Source: Bellilinea caldifistulae (GTDB lineage: Bacteria > Chloroflexota > Anaerolineae > Anaerolineales > Anaerolineaceae). From it: a DNA stretch of 32,000 nucleotides. The stretch is taken from contig NZ_LGHJ01000005.1 in NCBI RefSeq assembly GCF_001306055.1, positions 8,508-40,507 on the forward strand. The letters run 5' to 3'. The translations under genes and the position numbers were made by a program. The notes beneath the pieces are model-generated. The model did not search any database. It was not told where the DNA came from and saw only the letters and a list, made by a program, of their open reading frames with translations. This document shows positions 26,304 to 32,000 of this stretch, one piece after another; the stretch's first letter is position 1; every line of letters begins with the position of its first letter.

Positions 26304-27722
26304 ATGTTCACCAATTTTGATCAGGCTCAGGCTTTGGTAAAACAAAACGCAATTCGAATGATTGATTTAAAATTCAGTGATTTGTGGGGGCGCTGGCATC
26401 ATGTAACAATTTCAGCCTCAGAATTTACTCCCTCGCTCATGGAGAATGGCGTGGGATTTGATGGTTCCAGCGTAGGCTTTAAATCTGTACGAGCCGGCGA
26501 TATGGTTCTTGTCCCGGATTTAACTACCGGCTTCATGGATCCATTTTGGGAAATACCCACTCTCAGTTTTATATGCGATACGATGGAAGCAGACACCAAA
26601 GAACTTTTCTCGGCTGATCCTCGCGAGACTGCACGCCGGGCAGAGAAATACTTGATCGAGTCGGGAATTGCCGATAAATCCATTTGGGGACCGGAATTTG
26701 AATTTTATGTTTTCAACAGAGTGACTTTTGAAAACGGGGTGAATGTTGCCGCTTATCGGGTTGATTCGATCGAGTCAAACTGGAATAGCGCTCAGGGTGG
26801 ACATGGTCATTTTATTCCCCTTCACGGAGGTTATCATGCCATTCCCCCGCGCGATCAGCTGTTTAACCTCCGTTCGGAAATTGTCAATACGCTTGAAGAT
26901 ATCGGATTAAAGATTAAGTATCATCATCATGAAGTGGGCGGCCCCGGTCAATGTGAAATTGAAACGCCTTTGTTAGAGATCATCTCAGCCGGTAATGCTT
27001 CAATGCTGATAAAATATGTTACAAAAATGGTCGCTTTGAAACATGGGCAAACAGCTACTTTCTTGCCCAAACCTCTTTTTGGGGAAGCGGGCAATGGCAT
27101 GCACTTTCATCAACTCCTTCAAAAAGACGGTGTCAACATCTTTTATGACCCGGACGGCCCTCACCTTCTCAGTAAAACCGCCCTGTACTATATTGGAGGG
27201 TTACTGACCCACGCTCCCGCCATCTTAGGAATTACAAATCCCAGCACCAACTCCTACCGCAGACTGGTTCCCGGATTCGAAGCTCCTATCAATTGTTTCT
27301 TTTCCAGCGGTAACCGCAGTGCGGCCATTCGAGTGCCCCAATACGCCACCACACCAGATAAAGTGCGTTTTGAATTTCGTCCTCCGGATGCCACTTGCAA
27401 TCCTTATCTGGCGATGGCAACGATGTTGATGGCGGGTATTGATGGAATTAAGAAACAAATTGACCCAAAAGATGCCGGGTTTGGGCCAATAAATGAGGAC
27501 ATTTTCTCCTGGCCACCAGAAAAACGGGCAACCATACTCAGTCTTCCAACATCCCTCGAAATGGCGTTACACGCCCTTGAAGAGGATCATCAGTTTTTAC
27601 TGGAAGGAAGTGTATTCAGTGAGGAAATGTTGACGGAATGGATCCGAGTAAAGCGATGTGAAGAAAACCAAATCCGTACCCGTCCCCACCCTTATGAAAT
27701 CGAGTTGTATTTTGATCTGTGA
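26304..27722 (+). CDS. glnA: Glutamine synthetase, type I
   Basis: 'GPEFEFYVF', 'YHHHEVGGPGQCEI', 'KPLFGEAGNGMHFHQ', 'NSYRRLVPGFEAP' and 'NRSAAIRVP'. The ATG at 26304 is preceded by AGGAGAGGG. The track TTG at 26250 lies inside the hairpin and was rejected. Confidence 0.92.
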   Translation: MFTNFDQAQALVKQNAIRMIDLKFSDLWGRWHHVTISASEFTPSLMENGVGFDGSSVGFKSVRAGDMVLVPDLTTGFMDPFWEIPTLSFICDTMEADTKELFSADPRETARRAEKYLIESGIADKSIWGPEFEFYVFNRVTFENGVNVAAYRVDSIESNWNSAQGGHGHFIPLHGGYHAIPPRDQLFNLRSEIVNTLEDIGLKIKYHHHEVGGPGQCEIETPLLEIISAGNASMLIKYVTKMVALKHGQTATFLPKPLFGEAGNGMHFHQLLQKDGVNIFYDPDGPHLLSKTALYYIGGLLTHAPAILGITNPSTNSYRRLVPGFEAPINCFFSSGNRSAAIRVPQYATTPDKVRFEFRPPDATCNPYLAMATMLMAGIDGIKKQIDPKDAGFGPINEDIFSWPPEKRATILSLPTSLEMALHALEEDHQFLLEGSVFSEEMLTEWIRVKRCEENQIRTRPHPYEIELYFDL

Positions 27723-27725
27723 CCG

Positions 27726-28067
27726 TCATTTTGAAGGGCGACAAATTTCACAAGGGCACAATTTTCGCAGGTAATGCCAGTTAAATATCCCAAAATGATG
27801 ACCATCTTCCCATTCGATGGTGATGGCATAGCTCCCAACTGCTTCCAGCTTTTTCATTCGTGTTGCTGGAGATTCAGGAAGATTAACTTCAAAAACCTCT
27901 TCGTCCGGTTCTGAACGCATATATTCATGTCCGCCGCGGCAGGAAGCACACGGGCAGGCTGCCCGTAACAATCCAAAGGGATATTGGGAAACGTGTCCAT
28001 CATCCCATTCTATCGTCAAAATCCGATTGGTGCGGTTGGCAGAAATTTTCGTCGGAAAATGATCCAT
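27726..28067 (-). CDS. DUF971 (gamma-butyrobetaine hydroxylase N-terminal-like, Zn-binding) protein
   Basis: 113 aa. 'ILTIEWDDGHVSQYPFGLLRAACPCASC' and a second half 'AITIEWEDGHHFGIFNWHYLRKLCPCEIC'. Confidence 0.7.
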   Translation of the reverse strand: MDHFPTKISANRTNRILTIEWDDGHVSQYPFGLLRAACPCASCRGGHEYMRSEPDEEVFEVNLPESPATRMKKLEAVGSYAITIEWEDGHHFGIFNWHYLRKLCPCEICRPSK

Positions 28068-28080
28068 GAAAAATACACCC

Positions 28081-28578
28081 TCAAGGTTGAGATTCGTTGT
28101 TCAAGTCAATCACCCTCAAAAAGCGAGAAGCAGCCCAGCCGCTTCTTTTATCGTCATACGGAGCCGTAAGATACCACCACACAAAACCATCTGCTTCTTT
28201 GGGACCATCTTCCACCTTAAACACTTCCGACTCATAACCGAGGAATAAGACATCTGCATTGGTTCCGGCATCTCGCCGGAGTCGCAACCCATCCCCACCT
28301 GTTCCCGAAATTTGGACAAATTTACCAACAGTAATCCCATCTATTGTAATCGAAAGAGCCGGTTGAGTAGCGGTGGGAGTGGAAAAAAGAGACATTTGAC
28401 CAACAGAAGTGGTGGTTGGGGCTGCTACAATCGTTAATACCGCCGTTGCTTTCTGCCCCGATTCAACTTGTGCAGGCCGTAACAACAAGATTGCCGCAAT
28501 GATGGCAGTAACCATCAGTATGGAAATCAAAACCGAGAGAAAAATCATCCTGAAGCCCAACCTTGGCAAACTTCTCAT
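28081..28578 (-). CDS. Membrane-anchored SH3b-like domain protein
   Basis: N-terminal TM 'MIFLSVLISILMVTAIIAAILLL'. The C-terminal 'GDGLRLRRDAGTNADVLFLGYESEVFKVEDGPKEADGFVWWYL...GWAASRFL' resembles a bacterial SH3 domain. Starts 2 nt after the antiporter stop. Confidence 0.45.
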   Translation of the reverse strand: MRSLPRLGFRMIFLSVLISILMVTAIIAAILLLRPAQVESGQKATAVLTIVAAPTTTSVGQMSLFSTPTATQPALSITIDGITVGKFVQISGTGGDGLRLRRDAGTNADVLFLGYESEVFKVEDGPKEADGFVWWYLTAPYDDKRSGWAASRFLRVIDLNNESQP

Positions 28579-28580
28579 GG

Positions 28581-29678
28581 TTACCCCCCGGTCGGTAGCA
28601 GAAAAAAGCCTATCCCGAGGATTATGTAAACTCCAAGCAAGGCTGCTCCCTCCAACCAGTTTGACTCTCCGTCAAAAGCTACCATTGCGGCTATCACAAC
28701 CCCGCCTCCTAACGCAAGCAATTCAAATCGGTTGAAAATTAAGGTTAGAGGATTACCAATCAACAAACTGATGAAAACCAGTATGGGAGCAACAAACAAC
28801 GCAATTTGTAAACTGGATGATACCGCTATTTCCAAGGAAAGGTCCATATTATTCCGAACCGCCATTGTCACCGACACCAAATGTTCTGCAATATTTCCGA
28901 TGAGTGGGATAAGAATCACCCCCAGAAAGAATTCCGACACACCAAGCGACACCACCACTTCTTCCACAGAACCAATCAGAAACTCGCTCATGATCACCAC
29001 TCCCAGGGTGGATAATGCCAGTATGGAAATAGCACGCGAAGGCTTCCAACGCCGGTTGGCTTCGCTCTCCAATTCAACCCCAGCAACCGCAATCGGACTT
29101 CTGGCTACTTTCAGGGTGTAAATCAAACCCACAACATACAAAGCAATCATTACCCCCGCTACCCCAAGACTCAACAATTCAACTCCCCAACTCCCCTCGG
29201 CACCAATTGAATGGCTGAAAAAGGAGGGAATTATCAATGCAACAATCACCACGACCAGCATCACAGCATGGTTCGAAGATTGCTGACGATCAAAACTTTG
29301 AATCCCGTTTTTTAATCCTCCCAGGAGCATAGAAAGGCCCATCACCAGCAATAAATTTCCGATGATAGACCCGGTGATGGAGGCTTTTACCAGATCCAGC
29401 AACCCCTGGCGAATCGCTATAATCGTAATGATTAATTCCGCGGCGTTTCCAAGGGTGGCATTCAGCAATCCCCCAATTTTTGGACCGGTGTATGCAGCCA
29501 ACGCCTCGGTTGACTCCCCAATTAATGATGCCAGAGGGATCACCGCAATCGCCGAAAAAACAAAAATCCAGATTGGCCTCCAATGGAAAATCTCAGAAAC
29601 CACACTGAGTGGGATAGCCAGCAATAAAATGTGCAGGGGGTGTTTGCGGAAGTAAGAGATCAATGAATTCATGAACAA
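28581..29678 (-). CDS. Ca2+/H+ (cation/proton) antiporter, CaCA/CAX family
   Basis: 365 aa with about 11 TM helices. The two alpha-repeat signatures 'LGNAAELIITIIAI' and 'LIGNIAEHLVSV' are both present. Confidence 0.85.
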   Translation of the reverse strand: MFMNSLISYFRKHPLHILLLAIPLSVVSEIFHWRPIWIFVFSAIAVIPLASLIGESTEALAAYTGPKIGGLLNATLGNAAELIITIIAIRQGLLDLVKASITGSIIGNLLLVMGLSMLLGGLKNGIQSFDRQQSSNHAVMLVVVIVALIIPSFFSHSIGAEGSWGVELLSLGVAGVMIALYVVGLIYTLKVARSPIAVAGVELESEANRRWKPSRAISILALSTLGVVIMSEFLIGSVEEVVVSLGVSEFFLGVILIPLIGNIAEHLVSVTMAVRNNMDLSLEIAVSSSLQIALFVAPILVFISLLIGNPLTLIFNRFELLALGGGVVIAAMVAFDGESNWLEGAALLGVYIILGIGFFLLPTGG

Positions 29679-29774
29679 TACCCACGATGAGAATACCTAG
29701 ATTATAACTCCGATGCACCATTAGAAATTCGACTTTAGAGGGTGTGATATAATTCAGCCAATAATATCTCGGAT

Positions 29775-30848
29775 ATGGAAGATTCGAAAACTGTTGTACC
29801 CATTTTAGGCAACCGCTACCAACTGCTCCAAACAATAGGAACGGGTGGTATGGCAGTTGTCTATTTAGGCCGTGACACCATGCTCGAACGGCCAGTTGCC
29901 ATCAAAATCCTGCGCGAGGACTATTCTAAAAACGAAGCCTTCCGAGAAAGATTTCGCTTAGAAGCCAAAGCGGCTGCAAACCTCTCCCATCCCAATATCG
30001 TAACGGTACATGACTTTGGCTTTGATTCCGATCGTCTGTTCCTCGTCATGGAATATTTACCGGGTACAGATCTAAAAACAATTTTGCGCGAGAGAACCCG
30101 TTTGCCGATTGAAGAAGCAGTCAACATTATTGTACAAGCCGCAGCCGGAATTGGCTACGCACATCGGGCAGGGTTAATCCACTGTGATGTCAAGCCTCAC
30201 AATATCCTCGTTACTCCCGATCAGCGCATCAAGGTAACCGATTTTGGCATCGCCCGCGCAATGGCGAGTATTCATCCCGAAGAAAAATCGGATGTGGTTT
30301 GGGGTTCGCCGCTGTATTTCTCACCCGAACAGGCTGCTGGTGAACCTCCTTCACCCGCATCGGATGTGTATTCCTTGGGGGTGGTTTTATACGAAATGGT
30401 AACGGGAAGACTGCCCTTTCAAAGCAGCGACCCCGTTGAATTAGCCCGGATGCACCGGGAAGTACTACCACCGCCTCCTCGTCGCTTTAATCCTGAAATT
30501 CCACCCACCCTTGAGCAAATCATCCTGAAAGTGTTATCCAAAGAACCAGCAGCTCGCTATCGCACCGCCGATCAGTTTGCTAGGGTGTTATCTACCTTTT
30601 TACAAAATAATCCAGAAGCACCTGTTCCAACGCACCAAAACCCCAGCGAGGCAGATACTCAACCTCAATTAATTCCTGTACAACCGGCTTCCTCTTCATC
30701 GCTTCCCCAAACCTCCCAAGTGAGCGATGATGCCACCTTGAACATTGATTGGTTAACCATATTTCTTGCTTTGTTGGCCATTTTAGCGGTTGGCGGTTTG
30801 ATCCCCTTCTGGTTGTATATCTGGTTTTCTTTCAATCCACCCATTTAA
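29775..30848 (+). CDS. Hanks-type Ser/Thr protein kinase, C-terminal tail-anchored, non-RD
   Basis: 'IGTGGMAVVYLGRD', 'VAIKIL', 'LIHCDVKPHNILV' (HCD rather than HRD), 'VTDFGIAR' and 'SPEQ'. A Pro/Ser/Gln-rich linker follows, then a single TM 'WLTIFLALLAILAVGGLIPFWLYIWF' and only 6 residues after it. Confidence 0.9.
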   Translation: MEDSKTVVPILGNRYQLLQTIGTGGMAVVYLGRDTMLERPVAIKILREDYSKNEAFRERFRLEAKAAANLSHPNIVTVHDFGFDSDRLFLVMEYLPGTDLKTILRERTRLPIEEAVNIIVQAAAGIGYAHRAGLIHCDVKPHNILVTPDQRIKVTDFGIARAMASIHPEEKSDVVWGSPLYFSPEQAAGEPPSPASDVYSLGVVLYEMVTGRLPFQSSDPVELARMHREVLPPPPRRFNPEIPPTLEQIILKVLSKEPAARYRTADQFARVLSTFLQNNPEAPVPTHQNPSEADTQPQLIPVQPASSSSLPQTSQVSDDATLNIDWLTIFLALLAILAVGGLIPFWLYIWFSFNPPI

Positions 30849-30862
30849 AAGGGATTACTGGC

Positions 30863-31558
30863 TTGTATTACCTGTCAGCTTCTATTCTTTCTGCAGATTT
30901 TGCTAACCTCGCGGATCAAATACGCCAGGCGGAGGATGCAGGTGTTGACTGGATTCACATTGATGTGATGGATGGCCATTTTGTACCCAACATTACCATG
31001 GGTCCATTCATCGTTGAAACCTGCCGGAGAATTACATCTCTCCCACTCGATGTCCATCTAATGATTGAAAAACCGGAAAATCACATCCAATCCTTCATTA
31101 ACGCTGGTGCCAACTGGGTCAGCATTCATATTGAAGGCAATTCTAATGTCCATCGAACCCTTCAAGTCATCCAATCCCAAGACGCCAAAGCAGGCATTGT
31201 TCTGAACCCGGGAACCCCCGCTCAGGCTATCGAAGCGGTTTTACCTTTCACTGACCTGGTTTTAGTCATGACTGTTAACCCCGGCTTTTCAGGTCAATCC
31301 TTTATACCCCAAATGGTGGAAAAAATCAGTTCCATCAAGAAGATGATGAGGAAAACAAATCCAGACGCCATTCTTCAGGTAGATGGAGGAATTAACCCGC
31401 AAAACATCTCCGCTGTTGCTCAAGCCGGCGCCAATTGCTTCGTTGCCGCCACTGCCATTTTTAAGCATCCACAAGGAATTGCAGAGGGCGTAAATTCACT
31501 CCGAAAGCAATTACAACAAAAAATGCGGCTTTCGCCGCAAATTCAAGAAAGCGATTGA
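30863..31558 (+). CDS. rpe: Ribulose-phosphate 3-epimerase
   Basis: 'SASILSADFANLADQIRQAEDAGVDWIHIDVMDGHFVPNITMG', 'LDVHLM', 'MTVNPGFSGQSF' and 'QVDGGIN'. I set the start at the in-frame TTG at 30863 (AAGGGA 8 nt upstream). The track start at 30749 would overlap the kinase by 100 nt. The exact start is uncertain. Confidence 0.85.
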   Translation: MYYLSASILSADFANLADQIRQAEDAGVDWIHIDVMDGHFVPNITMGPFIVETCRRITSLPLDVHLMIEKPENHIQSFINAGANWVSIHIEGNSNVHRTLQVIQSQDAKAGIVLNPGTPAQAIEAVLPFTDLVLVMTVNPGFSGQSFIPQMVEKISSIKKMMRKTNPDAILQVDGGINPQNISAVAQAGANCFVAATAIFKHPQGIAEGVNSLRKQLQQKMRLSPQIQESD

Positions 31559-31583
31559 TACCGCATCTCTCGAAAGGATTGAA

Positions 31584-31766
31584 CTACTTGGTCTTAACCA
31601 ATGTCCGAATGCATTTTGCACATAATACACGCCGAACTTTCCGACCGCTTTCCATCACCATTACCCGCTGCAAGTTGGGTTTATAGGAGCGGTTTGTGGC
31701 ACGCATGGAGAAACTTCGGTTATGACCAAAAGTGGTTGTTTTACCGCACCGTTCGCATTTAGCCAT
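31584..31766 (-). CDS. rpmB: 50S ribosomal protein L28 (four-Cys form)
   Basis: 60 aa 'MAKCERCGKTTTFGHNRSFSMRATNRSYKPNLQRV...CAKCIRT', a typical L28 with CxxC...CxxC. I prefer the ATG at 31766 to the track TTG at 31826. The ATG at 31772 (MIMAK...) is also possible. Confidence 0.85.
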   Translation of the reverse strand: MAKCERCGKTTTFGHNRSFSMRATNRSYKPNLQRVMVMESGRKVRRVLCAKCIRTLVKTK

Positions 31767-31832
31767 GATCATCAAATCCTTTCCAGCAACAAAGCTTTCT
31801 TCCAGCCGCATAATGACCGGACGCAAGATGGT

Positions 31833-31861
31833 ATTTTACCACACAGCGCATCTTTTTTCAA
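31833..31861 (-). promoter_or_regulatory. Candidate sigma70 promoter for rpmB
   Basis: Minus strand reads TTGAAA-N17-TAAAAT with a TG at the extended -10 position ('tgtggTAAAAT'). The predicted TSS is about 60 nt upstream of the rpmB ATG. Confidence 0.4.
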
Positions 31862-32000
31862 TACGAATTGTTTGAGAGAGTTGAAAAATCAAGCGTAATA
31901 CGCCGAGCAGGCTGTTTGAGGGGTGGAAAAGCCGCACCCGATGGGGTATCCACCCTAAAATAAAGGGGCTGTGTATCTTGATTTGACCTCTTCACCTCCA

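Noticed and set aside
30749-30862. Upstream extension of the rpe ORF (track start at 30749).
   Set aside because: It would overlap the kinase gene by 100 nt and is simply the out-of-frame reading of the kinase TM and tail region. Rpe homology begins at about 'LSASILSADF', so I preferred the in-frame TTG at 30863.
31767-31826. 20-codon N-terminal extension of L28 from the TTG at 31826.
   Set aside because: L28 proteins begin at 'MAK/MSR-x-C'. The extension has no family resemblance and would begin at about the predicted TSS of the TTGAAA-N17-TAAAAT promoter.
31921-31955. Hairpin 'gggtgga...tccaccc' with an inner 'accc gat gggt' stem near the window end; considered as a tRNA fragment, ncRNA or terminator.
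   Set aside because: There is no cloverleaf, no T-loop (GTTCGAATC-like) sequence and no U-tract on either strand. It is too close to the window edge to interpret.
1-32000. The many 60-141-aa track ORFs lying antisense to or out of frame within long CDSs. Examples: 174-455, 891-1208, 3624-4049, 6395-6703, 14313-14633, 18732-19052, 21645-22004, 22516-22875, 24612-24944, 28732-29121, 29290-29583.
   Set aside because: Each is wholly embedded in a longer ORF with clear family motifs. Their translations are compositionally odd (Arg/Ser/Cys/Pro-rich or low complexity), and none has an evident SD. They are typical shadow ORFs.

Overview
Gene-dense bacterial chromosomal segment with about 31 supported CDSs and very little non-coding DNA. 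I saw no rRNA, tRNA, CRISPR array, transposase, integrase or long repeat. Housekeeping genes (rsmD-like, a PPi-type phosphofructokinase, murA, trxA, hsp20, glnA, rpe, rpmB) flank two accessory-looking blocks. Block 1 (3.6-13.5 kb) holds six consecutive large polytopic membrane proteins. Each has an acidic first-loop motif typical of GT-C glycosyltransferases (ArnT/PMT_2/GT87-like). A soluble nitrilase-superfamily amidase interrupts the run, and no sugar-donor, flippase or polymerase genes are nearby. Block 2 (20.1-25.9 kb) is a translationally coupled six-gene minus-strand operon. It encodes a Hanks Ser/Thr kinase fused to an 8-bladed PQQ-like propeller, a PP2C phosphatase, a J-domain/vWA(MIDAS) fusion, a zinc-ribbon/FHA protein, an uncharacterised 79-aa ORF, and an OmpR-family response regulator with no adjacent histidine kinase. 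hsp20 and trxA follow directly downstream. Block 2 is my best candidate for an undescribed system: phospho-Thr writer, eraser and reader wired to an Hsp70-recruiting vWA scaffold and a transcriptional output. Other points of interest are an intrinsic-terminator-like hairpin inside the glnA 5' leader, a MurA with Asp in place of the fosfomycin-target Cys, a tail-anchored non-RD kinase, and several convergent gene pairs that abut or overlap with no terminator. All functional calls rest on motifs I recognise by eye. No database search was possible. The gene content is reminiscent of Chloroflexota-like bacteria, but taxonomy is not established.
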